The notes under the pieces were generated by a model. The model ran no database searches, was not told the origin of the DNA, and saw nothing but the letters and a program-made list of their open reading frames with translations. A stretch of 63,705 nucleotides of DNA, the filler included, from Lama guanicoe (lineage: Eukaryota): NCBI GenBank assembly GCA_013239625.1. It is 208 parts of 208 records of this genome, joined end to end, with 100 filler letters (N's around TTAATTAATTAA, not from the genome) between each part and the next. Parts side by side here need not be neighbours in the genome. Positions count along the whole stretch, not along the records: positions 13,771 to 13,977 come from PNXV01033998.1; positions 14,078 to 14,284 come from PNXV01033999.1; positions 14,385 to 14,591 come from PNXV01034000.1; positions 14,692 to 14,898 come from PNXV01034001.1; positions 14,999 to 15,205 come from PNXV01034002.1; positions 15,306 to 15,511 come from PNXV01034003.1; positions 15,612 to 15,818 come from PNXV01034004.1; positions 15,919 to 16,125 come from PNXV01034005.1; 200 more parts are not named here. One strand, 5' to 3'. Shown in pieces: positions 13,771 to 27,790 of the stretch. Made by a program: the position numbers and the translations under genes. Positions within the stretch are counted from its first letter, which is position 1, and the number at the start of each line of letters is the position of its first letter.

Positions 13771-14284
13771 AGAATTGAGAACTAATAACTGAAAAATGTA
13801 CATGCGTAAAATTAGGGATAACCTTTCCCATGAATCAAAAATCTATATCCTTAAAATGGGTAGTATGTAATTCCTGAAGACTTTGAAGCAACAATTACAA
13901 CAGAGGTATCGATTTGGTTGCCAAGATGCCAGAGGTTCTTCAGGCTTAACAACACAGGGAAAGAAATTATCCAAGTTNNNNNNNNNNNNNNNNNNNNNNN
14001 NNNNNNNNNNNNNNNNNNNNNTTAATTAATTAANNNNNNNNNNNNNNNNNNNNNNNNNNNNNNNNNNNNNNNNNNNNAGAATTGAGAACTAATAACTGAA
14101 AAATGTACATGCGTAAAATTAGGGATGACCTTTCCCATGGATCAAAAATCTATATCCTTAAAATGGGTGGTATGTAATTCCTAAAGACTTTGAAGCAACA
14201 ATTACAACAGAGGTATCGATTTGGTTGCCAAGGTACCAGAGGTTCTTCAGGCTTAACAACACAGGGAAAGAAATTATCCAAGTT
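13771..14284. repeat. Duplicate contig pair (13771-13977 / 14078-14284), assembly bubble arms
   Basis: 207 bp each, 6 substitutions, first at contig position 50 and last at 158. Confidence 0.95.
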
Positions 14285-16533
14285 NNNNNNNNNNNNNNNN
14301 NNNNNNNNNNNNNNNNNNNNNNNNNNNNTTAATTAATTAANNNNNNNNNNNNNNNNNNNNNNNNNNNNNNNNNNNNNNNNNNNNCCGCCCCATCTGAGAG
14401 CAAAGGGCACCTGTTCCTTGTTCTCGCTCCCTTTTGCTGCTGCGGGAGTCCTGGTAAATCCTCGCCTGAAGGCCTCGCCCACCTGTTCTCAATTTCTATT
14501 GATTCAAGGATCTAAGACCCAAAACTGCATCAATTACATAAAGCAATCTCTTCTTTTAACCCTCACATCATCCTGCTTCTACAAATAACCANNNNNNNNN
14601 NNNNNNNNNNNNNNNNNNNNNNNNNNNNNNNNNNNTTAATTAATTAANNNNNNNNNNNNNNNNNNNNNNNNNNNNNNNNNNNNNNNNNNNNCTCATGAAG
14701 TTGCGTTTGGGTTCAATTCCTTGGGGGCAATTGTCTACTCCGCCATCTGTGATGACCTGCTAACCTTCACTAATTCATCGGAGGTAGAAACAGCCAATGG
14801 AGACTGTTGGCATTTGGAAGCAGAGTGATGTAGGCGAGCCACCTGGATTTGTAAAGCTGAAATTCCACTACTTTCAATGATAAAACATTGATGGCCATNN
14901 NNNNNNNNNNNNNNNNNNNNNNNNNNNNNNNNNNNNNNNNNNTTAATTAATTAANNNNNNNNNNNNNNNNNNNNNNNNNNNNNNNNNNNNNNNNNNNNGA
15001 CTTTGGGGACGGAGGGGCCGGCCTTGAAGCAGGGGACTCGGAGCTGCACCGGCCTGTCATTGCTGCGCTAGGGAAGGTCCCCTCCTGGATTCCTGCAGTT
15101 CCTCTGAAGGCTGCCTCTTGCTCCGTCAGGGTCATCACACCCTCCACACCAGCCAGTCAGAGCATCTGCAGCCCCTGGACACCAAGCTTGGTCCAAGGGG
15201 TGGACNNNNNNNNNNNNNNNNNNNNNNNNNNNNNNNNNNNNNNNNNNNNTTAATTAATTAANNNNNNNNNNNNNNNNNNNNNNNNNNNNNNNNNNNNNNN
15301 NNNNNCACGAAACATGTTTTCTTTTTATTTAGAAATTTTATATTTATTTGAACTTCACATATATATGAAGCTGAAAAGCCTAATTTAACATACATTTCAT
15401 TATATGCTTTTGTGTATACAGAAAAAGGAAAAACAAGCAAATAAACTGCTTAAATTATGATTAAATTTTCAGAGTCTGAATCATTTTTCAGTTTATGCAC
15501 ATTGTTGGTGANNNNNNNNNNNNNNNNNNNNNNNNNNNNNNNNNNNNNNNNNNNNTTAATTAATTAANNNNNNNNNNNNNNNNNNNNNNNNNNNNNNNNN
15601 NNNNNNNNNNNAGGGCAGAGAACCAGGGAGCTCCATGCTGAAAGGGGCCTATTTACGCACAAACGTTTTCGAGTGGTGTTCACAAGACAAAGTGGCACCC
15701 TCAACTGAGTGTAATGTTCCCCCCACATAACCACTGGTCTTCAGTACCCTTAGTATTCACTACACAGAGCCAAATAATACAGAATACATGTGATAGTCAA
15801 AGCCCATCAACAATTCTCNNNNNNNNNNNNNNNNNNNNNNNNNNNNNNNNNNNNNNNNNNNNTTAATTAATTAANNNNNNNNNNNNNNNNNNNNNNNNNN
15901 NNNNNNNNNNNNNNNNNNATTTCAATGTCCCATCCTTCTTTCAAATATATTATGAATATCCCTTTGACGTATACCCAGACCACCAGGACCATGAGAAGAG
16001 AATTAACATGAATAAAATGATGATTGAATAGGCTTAAGGGTCTGCTAGAGGAGTCACATCACCTTGATTCAAAACCCAACAATTTCTACTCTGCTTATGC
16101 CCCAGTCAAACTCTTTAATCCCTCTNNNNNNNNNNNNNNNNNNNNNNNNNNNNNNNNNNNNNNNNNNNNTTAATTAATTAANNNNNNNNNNNNNNNNNNN
16201 NNNNNNNNNNNNNNNNNNNNNNNNNCACATGTGTCCCTCCATCCCCAGCGCAGCTGCGAGCGAGCAGGAGGCCCGGGCCAACACGTAGCCCGTTTTTAGC
16301 CCTGTGCCTCTGTCCTGTCAAAATGCCACATGGCTTATCTGGCTGGGAAGTGTTTGTTGGGCCTGAGCAACTGTCCCCTGTAATCCACCTCTGTCCCTGC
16401 CTGGCTGCACCTCTGCAGCTGCTCTCCTGCTCNNNNNNNNNNNNNNNNNNNNNNNNNNNNNNNNNNNNNNNNNNNNTTAATTAATTAANNNNNNNNNNNN
16501 NNNNNNNNNNNNNNNNNNNNNNNNNNNNNNNNC

Positions 16534-16668
<135 letters not shown>

Positions 16669-18774
16669 TCATGCATACCTCCACGTGCACACATGCCCAC
16701 ACACACATGCTGCAGGCCTGCTGCCTCCTTCTCTCTGACNNNNNNNNNNNNNNNNNNNNNNNNNNNNNNNNNNNNNNNNNNNNTTAATTAATTAANNNNN
16801 NNNNNNNNNNNNNNNNNNNNNNNNNNNNNNNNNNNNNNNACACCCATCTGCAGTTGAGAATTAACTAAGTATTTTGTGGCCTCAGAGGTATCTAAAAGCA
16901 GAAATTAGGCCTTAAAAAAAATCTTAACTTGCTTTTCAGGACAACAATCCAATCGACTCACAGAAGATCATTCTCAGCAGTTGGGCACACCCAGCAATCT
17001 ACCATCAATTTCTATAAATTACCAATAAATTTCAGTACATCTAAATNNNNNNNNNNNNNNNNNNNNNNNNNNNNNNNNNNNNNNNNNNNNTTAATTAATT
17101 AANNNNNNNNNNNNNNNNNNNNNNNNNNNNNNNNNNNNNNNNNNNNCTGGCCACTGGGGCCGGGAGGAGCCAGGTGGGGCCCCTCCTGCTCGTCCAGCCG
17201 GGTCTCCATCCCCAGAGCCTTCACCCAGCCACCGACTGGGTCCGGCACTGAACTAGAACCACGACTGCCTTGGGCCAGGCCACACCCCGCCAGCCCCATT
17301 TCTTCTGCTCACCTTCCCCTCCCTGTTACTACCCTCCCACCCCTGGCCAGGCNNNNNNNNNNNNNNNNNNNNNNNNNNNNNNNNNNNNNNNNNNNNTTAA
17401 TTAATTAANNNNNNNNNNNNNNNNNNNNNNNNNNNNNNNNNNNNNNNNNNNNACAGCTGCCTTGTGAGGGACTGAGTGATGCAAGATGTGTTCACGTCCC
17501 ACTTTGTAACTTCAGATCCCCTGACTGCTCTTTCTGCAGCTGCATCTGTATGTGTCTGTGCTTCTATTAGCACAATGTGAGGAGGTGGGGAGACTGGCCC
17601 ACCCCTGCCACCCACACCCCTCCCCACCCTGACCTGTGTTCTCTTCCCTGGTTGACTTTNNNNNNNNNNNNNNNNNNNNNNNNNNNNNNNNNNNNNNNNN
17701 NNNTTAATTAATTAANNNNNNNNNNNNNNNNNNNNNNNNNNNNNNNNNNNNNNNNNNNNTATTTGTTTGGATTGAACCTAAGAAAATAATATTGTTTTGG
17801 ATGAAAACAAAGACAACAGTAAGAAATAAAGGAAACAGTAGGGAATGAGGTACTAGAAGGTCTCTGAGGGGAGTACTATTCAGAATATAAGACATAAGAA
17901 GTGGCATTGAAACTATTACAGGAACAAAATCAATGTTAGCCTGAGCTTATTTCCCCATTTATTTTCNNNNNNNNNNNNNNNNNNNNNNNNNNNNNNNNNN
18001 NNNNNNNNNNTTAATTAATTAANNNNNNNNNNNNNNNNNNNNNNNNNNNNNNNNNNNNNNNNNNNNAGTGAACAAGTGACAGATCGGGTGGAGTTGAAGC
18101 AAATTAAGGAAGGGAATGACTGCAGCAGCTTCCATGACAAAGGAGGACTAAGGAGCCCCACGAATGACCAACACCCAGCAGATCAAGGCAGTGAGGGGTT
18201 GTACACCCACAGTCTTTGTCCAGACGTTAACCCGTGCTCCCCTACGGGGCCAGTAGCATCTGACTCCTCGTCCNNNNNNNNNNNNNNNNNNNNNNNNNNN
18301 NNNNNNNNNNNNNNNNNTTAATTAATTAANNNNNNNNNNNNNNNNNNNNNNNNNNNNNNNNNNNNNNNNNNNNAATGCAAGTTCCCTAAGCTTGGGCGTC
18401 TCAGCTGTGATGCAAACTCACCGCACGTGCAACACCCTCGTGGGCCTCTCTGCCTCATATCCGTAGGACTTGGAAGAGGGATAAAGGGGAACTGTTACAA
18501 AAATGCTGAAGCTCATGCTGCTGGCTGGGCGGTGAGTAATAAAGCCCTTTGCCTCTGATCCAGGGCTCACACGTCTCTTGNNNNNNNNNNNNNNNNNNNN
18601 NNNNNNNNNNNNNNNNNNNNNNNNTTAATTAATTAANNNNNNNNNNNNNNNNNNNNNNNNNNNNNNNNNNNNNNNNNNNNCAGGACTATTGAAAGGTTGA
18701 CACTTGTGCCCCGATGTGAATGACAACAAGGAAAAACCATGCATACCAAGTAGGAAAAAAAGGCACTTTGTAGC

Positions 18775-18887
18775 TCTGTGTGGTGACAGATGTTAACTGG
18801 ACTTATTGTCAAGATTGTTTCACAGTATATACAAATACTGAATCATTATGTTGTGCATCTGAAATGAATGTAAAGTTCTATGTCAAT
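18775..18887 (+). mobile_element. LINE-1 3' UTR end (L1MA-like)
   Basis: TGGTGACAGATGTTAACTGGACTTATTGT...TATATACAAATACTGAATCATTATGTTGTGCATCTGAAA...TATGTCAAT. Confidence 0.75.
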
Positions 18888-19114
18888 NNNNNNNNNNNNN
18901 NNNNNNNNNNNNNNNNNNNNNNNNNNNNNNNTTAATTAATTAANNNNNNNNNNNNNNNNNNNNNNNNNNNNNNNNNNNNNNNNNNNNTGGGTTAGGGCCA
19001 GAGCAGAACAGATGTGGCCTCTGTCCACAGGGGCGGACAGAGTCAGGGATGGAGCTGAGGTCTGAGTGTCCTCAAAACCTGTGCTTAAAACCACACTGCC
19101 GGGTCTGTAAGCCC

Positions 19115-19194
19115 ATAGGTGCAGAGGTTAGCACTCTGTGGCCTGCCTGTTGGGGTTCGAATCCCAGCTCTGCCTCTACCTAGCCATGTGACCT
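19115..19194 (+). mobile_element. MIR SINE 5' fragment
   Basis: GGTTCGAATCCCAGCTCTGCC...TAGCCATGTGACCT (B-box and start of the MIR core). Confidence 0.7.
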
Positions 19195-22100
19195 NNNNNN
19201 NNNNNNNNNNNNNNNNNNNNNNNNNNNNNNNNNNNNNNTTAATTAATTAANNNNNNNNNNNNNNNNNNNNNNNNNNNNNNNNNNNNNNNNNNNNGAGAGG
19301 AAGTTAGTGAAAGGTACACTGATGAAGGACAAGTGCAGAGATATGTGCAGTACATTAATGAGGTGGAAGGTGTAGGATGGGTGGGGTGGGTGCTATTAAG
19401 ACGTTTCAATAATAAATATGGCGTGCGAATCAAAATGACTGCTATTGTCAATAGGAGGTAGTCAATTGGATGATGTGGAAACTATCTTAATGCTGTGATT
19501 TNNNNNNNNNNNNNNNNNNNNNNNNNNNNNNNNNNNNNNNNNNNNTTAATTAATTAANNNNNNNNNNNNNNNNNNNNNNNNNNNNNNNNNNNNNNNNNNN
19601 NGACTGTGTCAACACTTGGACTCAGGGATCTGGGACTCAAGAGACGGGTCAAATGTAGGAACACACAGATTTGAGGGCAACGTATAGGAGATAGCTGAAG
19701 CCGAGAATGTTACACAAGGAAACAGTATACAGATAGATGAAAGTTAATAAAGCCTCAGGGAACATTAGCATTTAAGGAGGGTTTGCAGGAAGGGCGATAA
19801 TTGAAAGGNNNNNNNNNNNNNNNNNNNNNNNNNNNNNNNNNNNNNNNNNNNNTTAATTAATTAANNNNNNNNNNNNNNNNNNNNNNNNNNNNNNNNNNNN
19901 NNNNNNNNTCTCTGGAGCCCAGGAGCTGTGAACAGTGGTGGGACTCTGCACCTGTCTCAGCCACACAGTGTCACCTACAGATGAGTTGAAACAGAACAGA
20001 TTCATCTCTGGGCTCTCAGTGCCCGTGCCATCCAGGATGGAGGTCAGGGCACAGTGTGGGATGGATACATCCCCAGAATCTGGGACCAGCAGGCAGAAGA
20101 GGAGCCCCTGGGCTGNNNNNNNNNNNNNNNNNNNNNNNNNNNNNNNNNNNNNNNNNNNNTTAATTAATTAANNNNNNNNNNNNNNNNNNNNNNNNNNNNN
20201 NNNNNNNNNNNNNNNCCATAATCTATACTCTTGAGGATGTTTAAGTTCATTGTATCTGCTTGGTTGAAATAGTATATACAGTGTGCTGTATCTTTTTCCA
20301 AATCTGCGTTGTGTTGTCACATTAATAGCTTAAAATTGATGGTGGCGGGGGTACCTAGACCACAGAGATCAGCCAACACCGTAAACCAAGGCTTTCTTCT
20401 CCCCCAAGCCCTTGCCCCCTACNNNNNNNNNNNNNNNNNNNNNNNNNNNNNNNNNNNNNNNNNNNNTTAATTAATTAANNNNNNNNNNNNNNNNNNNNNN
20501 NNNNNNNNNNNNNNNNNNNNNNAGTGAAGGAGTGTGGTGGGGTTATTTTTTTAATTTAATTTTTATTTTTTTAAAATATATTTTGATTTCTTGCTTAATT
20601 AATTTATTTATTCTATTTATTTATTTTTTAGGAAAGAACAGCCCTTGTTCCCACTATCTTTAAGTAACAACCCTTTCAAGTTACTGCTGGTCTTCTGGCT
20701 ATTGTGAACATCACCTTGGCAAAGGGCATNNNNNNNNNNNNNNNNNNNNNNNNNNNNNNNNNNNNNNNNNNNNTTAATTAATTAANNNNNNNNNNNNNNN
20801 NNNNNNNNNNNNNNNNNNNNNNNNNNNNNAAAGGTCAGGATCCTGAGAGATGGCAGCATATGGAGGTGACATTCAGCACTACTCTTCCCCTTAAGGTATC
20901 CCTGACTTGTGAGCAGCATGGGGCCAAGGGGCTAAAAACCAAGCAAAAAGTGTTTGAGAAGAAGCTGAGAACTTGCATTAGAGGTTCTGAAAATCTCACA
21001 GGGTAAGGGGACAAGTCTGGAGTTCAAAGTCCCCAGNNNNNNNNNNNNNNNNNNNNNNNNNNNNNNNNNNNNNNNNNNNNTTAATTAATTAANNNNNNNN
21101 NNNNNNNNNNNNNNNNNNNNNNNNNNNNNNNNNNNNCAGGACACCCACCACTGGACAGATGTGACTGGCAGCATTTTATTAATCACGTATGTTCACAGTG
21201 CAAGGGGAGATGGCATACCATATACGACCACACAAGGGTTACATTTGGTAGCAGAGTGAACAACCAGGGACTGTGAGAGACAGGCTTTGTAGTGTCAAGA
21301 GGGTGGGGTGACTCCTGGTTCCCATGGAAGGACAGGATTGGGCNNNNNNNNNNNNNNNNNNNNNNNNNNNNNNNNNNNNNNNNNNNNTTAATTAATTAAN
21401 NNNNNNNNNNNNNNNNNNNNNNNNNNNNNNNNNNNNNNNNNNNAATCACGTGCTTCTCTTTAAGAAACAGGAAGCATAAAGAAGTCATTTGGGAGAAAAT
21501 ATGAATGCCCCACCTATGAAGGCAGAGAATAAAAAAATAAATTGGATAAATGATCTGAAGCTTGATGAAATGGCTTATGCTCAGTATCACAGAACTAAAC
21601 TGATTTTTCTTAGATAAAGGGGGAGTCTGGCAAGACACTATGAGCAAGGGNNNNNNNNNNNNNNNNNNNNNNNNNNNNNNNNNNNNNNNNNNNNTTAATT
21701 AATTAANNNNNNNNNNNNNNNNNNNNNNNNNNNNNNNNNNNNNNNNNNNNTTTCCCATGAAGCCGGTCCATTTGCTCCCATTTCCCCTCATGGTTTGCCC
21801 TGGGGGTGGTCCCTGTTACCCCAAGTTTGCCGGACGTCCATCTCCAAGTCAGCCTGCTCCCTAGAGGAGGAAACCATGAGGTCAGGGGGCAGGAGCGGTG
21901 GCAGCTGCGAGGGGATGGGAATGCCTTGGGGAGTTGGTGGATTGGCTCCCGTCTCCCNNNNNNNNNNNNNNNNNNNNNNNNNNNNNNNNNNNNNNNNNNN
22001 NTTAATTAATTAANNNNNNNNNNNNNNNNNNNNNNNNNNNNNNNNNNNNNNNNNNNNTCACTCCACCACAAAAATGTGTCCTACAGTGCTCAGCCACAGA

Positions 22101-22364
22101 AGTTTACGAGTGGATGAGGAGGGAAAAAACGTGATTCAAAATGCATGAGGTTAAAAGTTGATCTGTAGAAAATGTATCCAATCATGAGATAAACCTATAA
22201 TATAAAAGCATATACGGAGGATCTTGTTTTTAATGACATGTAATCAAGAAAGACTAGACTTCACNNNNNNNNNNNNNNNNNNNNNNNNNNNNNNNNNNNN
22301 NNNNNNNNTTAATTAATTAANNNNNNNNNNNNNNNNNNNNNNNNNNNNNNNNNNNNNNNNNNNN

Positions 22365-22571
22365 CAATATGAAATGGCTCATTTGTAGAATCTAAATACA
22401 AAACAAAACAAAATAAAAAAAGCACAAATACAAAACAGAATTATACTTGCACACATAGAATGCAAAGTATTGGATGCCTAGGGGTTGGGAGTGTGAAGAG
22501 GTAGACCTGCAGGTCTAAATTACAGAATAGATAAACAGGATTATACTTTATAGCACAGGGAAATATTAAAA
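22365..22571 (+). mobile_element. LINE-1 3' UTR fragment (cetartiodactyl type)
   Basis: CTCATTTGTAGAATCTAAA...AAACAGAA...ATAGATAAACAGGATTATACTTTATAGCACAGGGAAATAT. Confidence 0.75.
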
Positions 22572-25434
22572 NNNNNNNNNNNNNNNNNNNNNNNNNNNNN
22601 NNNNNNNNNNNNNNNTTAATTAATTAANNNNNNNNNNNNNNNNNNNNNNNNNNNNNNNNNNNNNNNNNNNNCTGGATTCAGGCCAACGTGCAAACTTTCT
22701 GTTTGCTCAGCAAACACCCGTGGGTGCGTAAGTGCAAGAGCTCCCTGACCTCGGCAGGGGGGAGCACTGAGCCGGAGCCCTCGCTGGGCTCCCTCCTCCT
22801 TCCCCGGAAGGGAGCAGCCTGGTGCCCGCAGGGCAGGGGGTTCCTGCGAGGACTGTTCCCTGGCTTAAACAGGGAAGGNNNNNNNNNNNNNNNNNNNNNN
22901 NNNNNNNNNNNNNNNNNNNNNNTTAATTAATTAANNNNNNNNNNNNNNNNNNNNNNNNNNNNNNNNNNNNNNNNNNNNGGCGCCGAGGATGCCTAAGCTT
23001 TCAGATAAGGACAACCAGGCAGATAACAGTGTCTCCAAAAGAGACAGCAACTACAGGAAAGATCAGTTTTGTAGTAGTGAGTGCAAACAGAGTAACAAGA
23101 GTCGTTTAATATGACTTTGGAGCTTAGACGTGGGGATGCCGACTAAGCCACTTGATATAATGGTCTAAAATTGTGAGTGATTTATNNNNNNNNNNNNNNN
23201 NNNNNNNNNNNNNNNNNNNNNNNNNNNNNTTAATTAATTAANNNNNNNNNNNNNNNNNNNNNNNNNNNNNNNNNNNNNNNNNNNNATTATGGACTGATTA
23301 CGGAAAGAGCAGGTGAAATAAAGTGAAGGAAATGGAGGGGGGATGGTCTCTTTCCCCACTGGTCAGTGAGCTTCTTGGAAGCCAAGACTATCGTGTAGTC
23401 CAAGTTGTGTGCCTAGAGTTCTTGGACAAGTATGATTTATAATATATCTGGCTCTGTAAAGCCTGCAAGCCAAGACCTGATCATTGCTGGGANNNNNNNN
23501 NNNNNNNNNNNNNNNNNNNNNNNNNNNNNNNNNNNNTTAATTAATTAANNNNNNNNNNNNNNNNNNNNNNNNNNNNNNNNNNNNNNNNNNNNAGCCAGGC
23601 AGAACACGTGAACAGACCCTGCAGGCCACGGCTGAGGCCTCTGATCAAAGCATCCGTGTTGTGCAGAGCCAACGTTCATGGGACCATTTTCATTACTGAT
23701 GTAATTAGCTGTCATCCAAGTGTCCCACCGAAAATGTTTATAGATGGAAAGTGGTCTGACGCAGGTGAGCAGTGGGGATGTGGGATGCAGATGGCAGACN
23801 NNNNNNNNNNNNNNNNNNNNNNNNNNNNNNNNNNNNNNNNNNNTTAATTAATTAANNNNNNNNNNNNNNNNNNNNNNNNNNNNNNNNNNNNNNNNNNNNA
23901 TCTTCACCCCGCGTGCTGTTCAGAGAGACAACAGGGATACAGGCCTCACGGGAGATCAAGGGACGGTAACAAAGACTGTGCGTGGAGAGCACAGCCTACG
24001 TGCTCTCCCACTGAGCCTGGGCCTTCTCGGCATTCTGGATGCCTCACGCAGGCCTGCGAAGCAGGTGTTATTATAGGACTGTGGGCATCAGGGTCCCCTG
24101 GGGTTTNNNNNNNNNNNNNNNNNNNNNNNNNNNNNNNNNNNNNNNNNNNNTTAATTAATTAANNNNNNNNNNNNNNNNNNNNNNNNNNNNNNNNNNNNNN
24201 NNNNNNGCCCACGGTAGATAGGGCCAGACCCAGGGGCTGCTGGCTGAGGGGCTCCAGGTGCCTTGGAGCTGCTCTTAGCTTGCTAGTGGGTGGAGCTGGG
24301 TCTCAGTGTCTCTGGCTATGGGCCTTGGAGCTGGTGTTGGCTTGCTGGTGAGTGGGGCTGGGTCCCAATACAACTGGATCTGGGGCCCTGTGAGTCCTTG
24401 GGCTAATGCCATCNNNNNNNNNNNNNNNNNNNNNNNNNNNNNNNNNNNNNNNNNNNNTTAATTAATTAANNNNNNNNNNNNNNNNNNNNNNNNNNNNNNN
24501 NNNNNNNNNNNNNTTGGTGTTTTTAAAAAAGATGAGCTCTCTAGCTTTAAGTTCCTTTCCTTGGCTTACCACAATCACAATTTTTTTTTCACCCCAAAGG
24601 TGATCTAGTTTATTTTTCGCAAAAGCTTAACATCCTTGAAATTCTGATGTGTCAGTGTCATGAGAAAAGACCGGGAACCTTAGTGTCAAATCATGGAGTC
24701 TTCGTTAGAAAGTACGAAGTNNNNNNNNNNNNNNNNNNNNNNNNNNNNNNNNNNNNNNNNNNNNTTAATTAATTAANNNNNNNNNNNNNNNNNNNNNNNN
24801 NNNNNNNNNNNNNNNNNNNNCCTACTCCACAGAGTTCCTGCTGAACTGCTGACAATAACATGATGACAGCATTCCCAAGGTCCAGGCTCCCACTGGACTC
24901 CCAGAGTAGTCTCCATTCCTGAAGCATCTTCAGCCACTGTCTATGTGCACTCATCCTGCAGGTCTCCAAAGATTCAGTTTTCCCCTAACCACTGAGGTCT
25001 CCTGGAGTACCTCCAAAATAAACCCACNNNNNNNNNNNNNNNNNNNNNNNNNNNNNNNNNNNNNNNNNNNNTTAATTAATTAANNNNNNNNNNNNNNNNN
25101 NNNNNNNNNNNNNNNNNNNNNNNNNNNCTTAACAATGTTTGCTATGAAAAGGGCAGAAGAATGAGGAGGTTTTACTTCCTCTGGACTCTATTCATTAGCA
25201 TCACCTGAGATCATGTTTATACTACATTTGTTCGTAACACATCGTCTATTCAACATTAACGTTTGGTGCCAGTACATATAAAACAAAAGTATGCTGTTTG
25301 AGGTTCCAAGTTTTTGTGAACAAACAAATGTACTNNNNNNNNNNNNNNNNNNNNNNNNNNNNNNNNNNNNNNNNNNNNTTAATTAATTAANNNNNNNNNN
25401 NNNNNNNNNNNNNNNNNNNNNNNNNNNNNNNNNN

Positions 25435-25641
25435 TATGTATAAGCGGAGTTGCAACTGAAGAGAAACTGTGTGTTCCCAACAAGCTAGGTGAAGGATAGC
25501 TTTCATGCTCGCTAAACTCTCAAAACTGAGCACGTGGAGAGACTTTTGTACAACTAGCACTAAGGGAAAAGTTTGAAGGTGAAACAGTTATAGTGCTTTC
25601 TCAGTCTGTTTCCCAGTGTTAGTTTGAAGTTCCTGCAATTT
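25435..25641 (+). repeat. ~248-bp-monomer satellite fragment
   Basis: Shares GCAACTGAAGAGAAA.T.TGTGTTCCC, CAAGCTAGGTGAAG and CAAAACTGAGCA.GTGGA with 37715, 40477 and 44160, in permuted phase. Confidence 0.85.
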
Positions 25642-26969
25642 NNNNNNNNNNNNNNNNNNNNNNNNNNNNNNNNNNNNNNNNNNNNTTAATTAATTAANNN
25701 NNNNNNNNNNNNNNNNNNNNNNNNNNNNNNNNNNNNNNNNNGTTTTTCACTTTGACGAAAAAAACTTGGAAAGTGAGAACAGTGCACAGCACAGGTGCTG
25801 CCACCGCGGTGACAGGGACAGTGCGAACCCCGAGCAGCGGGAGCGGGGCCGCCAGACCCCTTCCCTGGAACCACGCTCAGCACCTCAGCATCACGTCCCG
25901 TAGCTCTGAACTGTGTCTGTGAACATCTGTGCTTTATCTCCATTCATTNNNNNNNNNNNNNNNNNNNNNNNNNNNNNNNNNNNNNNNNNNNNTTAATTAA
26001 TTAANNNNNNNNNNNNNNNNNNNNNNNNNNNNNNNNNNNNNNNNNNNNGAAGCCTTCTGGGCTCCATAAGCTAAGAGGGTCCCAGGCCCTCTCGGGAGCC
26101 CCTGCGGTTCTCCCTGCTTTCCATCAAGCACGTGTCATTCTGTGTCATAACCATCCCTGCTTGACTGTGAGCAACGACGGTCAGGGAGCACATCGCGGGG
26201 GCCTGGCACACAGTAGGTGCTCAATTAAAAAATGTCTAGAAGAGCAACTGGTCCCNNNNNNNNNNNNNNNNNNNNNNNNNNNNNNNNNNNNNNNNNNNNT
26301 TAATTAATTAANNNNNNNNNNNNNNNNNNNNNNNNNNNNNNNNNNNNNNNNNNNNTACAATCAGAGGTGACCTTCCAAAGCAGGGATTTACACGAAGCTT
26401 AATTCAGGTTGCAGATAAATCAGATTTTACATATGATGTTGAAGAATAACAGTATTCATTTAGTCAGCTTGAAATATAGTGTCCACAAATGATCAAATCA
26501 GTCATGTCACTGATATGATGACTCATTCGTACTCTTCTGCTAGACAAAGTCAATTAGGCCAANNNNNNNNNNNNNNNNNNNNNNNNNNNNNNNNNNNNNN
26601 NNNNNNTTAATTAATTAANNNNNNNNNNNNNNNNNNNNNNNNNNNNNNNNNNNNNNNNNNNNAAGCTAAACAAATAGAATTTTTTTTTAAGTATTGAGAA
26701 TTAACTTTAGAAAAAAATCAACAAGTATAAATTGGTCTTTAGTAAAAATAAAGTCAAGATTATAACTACAAATGTATATTTAACACAAACAAAGAATAGA
26801 TTTTTTTGTGGTAGCATTTTTTGGGCAAAATTTATGATAGTATCAGGATACTTGTATAGTTGATTTTTANNNNNNNNNNNNNNNNNNNNNNNNNNNNNNN
26901 NNNNNNNNNNNNNTTAATTAATTAANNNNNNNNNNNNNNNNNNNNNNNNNNNNNNNNNNNNNNNNNNNN

Positions 26970-27176
26970 TGTCATGTTGACTGTAGCTCTATAGTATTAT
27001 CTGAATCATTAGCGTAATGAACTGCCACTGAAATTTGAACCTTAAACTTGTAACCTGCTACCTTGCTGAATTTTTTGATCAGCTGTAGTAAATTCATTCT
27101 TTATCTTGTTGGGATTTCTGTAAATATTAACATATAATCTGCATATAGTGAGACTTTTATCTCTTCCTTTCCAATT
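26970..27176 (-). mobile_element. Old LINE-1 ORF2 RT fragment
   Basis: Antisense of the IGKEE.K.SL.ADD..Y.ENP-like region (GGGATTTCT...ATAATCTGCATATAGTGA...TCTTCCTTTCCAATT). Confidence 0.7.
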
Positions 27177-27583
27177 NNNNNNNNNNNNNNNNNNNNNNNN
27201 NNNNNNNNNNNNNNNNNNNNTTAATTAATTAANNNNNNNNNNNNNNNNNNNNNNNNNNNNNNNNNNNNNNNNNNNNGCTAATTATAGCCCATATTTCAAT
27301 ATTTGTATAATTTATGATATAAAACTTTTATACTGTTTCAATGAGATAAACATATTTATATATACATAATATGATACTATATGATAATATGATTAACCAG
27401 GTGATAACTGAGGGAGACAACTGGTACTTAAAGATCAACTAGATCAACCTCTTATTTTACCTTTTTGAGGGGTTTATGACTTGNNNNNNNNNNNNNNNNN
27501 NNNNNNNNNNNNNNNNNNNNNNNNNNNTTAATTAATTAANNNNNNNNNNNNNNNNNNNNNNNNNNNNNNNNNNNNNNNNNNNN

Positions 27584-27790
27584 CCACTGATGGACGCTTA
27601 GGTTGTTTCCATATCTTGCCTGTTGTAAATAACGCTTCAGTGAACATAGGGGTGTACATATCAAATATTTAAAATTAGTATTTTTGTGTTTTTTTGGATA
27701 TATACACAAATGTGAAATAGCTGGGTCATATGGTAGTTCTATTTTTTTTTTCTGAGGAATCTCTGTCCTGTTTTCTACAGTGGCTGCACC
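27584..27790 (-). mobile_element. LINE-1 3' ORF2 fragment
   Basis: GATGGACGCTTAGGTTGTTTCCATATCTTG...GCTGGGTCATATGGTAGTTCTATTTTT...GTGGCTGCACC. Confidence 0.9.

Noticed and set aside
19295..19501. Possible NUMT or foreign contig (strand-skewed composition)
   Set aside because: I could not find a mitochondrial protein, rRNA or tRNA match by eye. A BLAST search would be needed.
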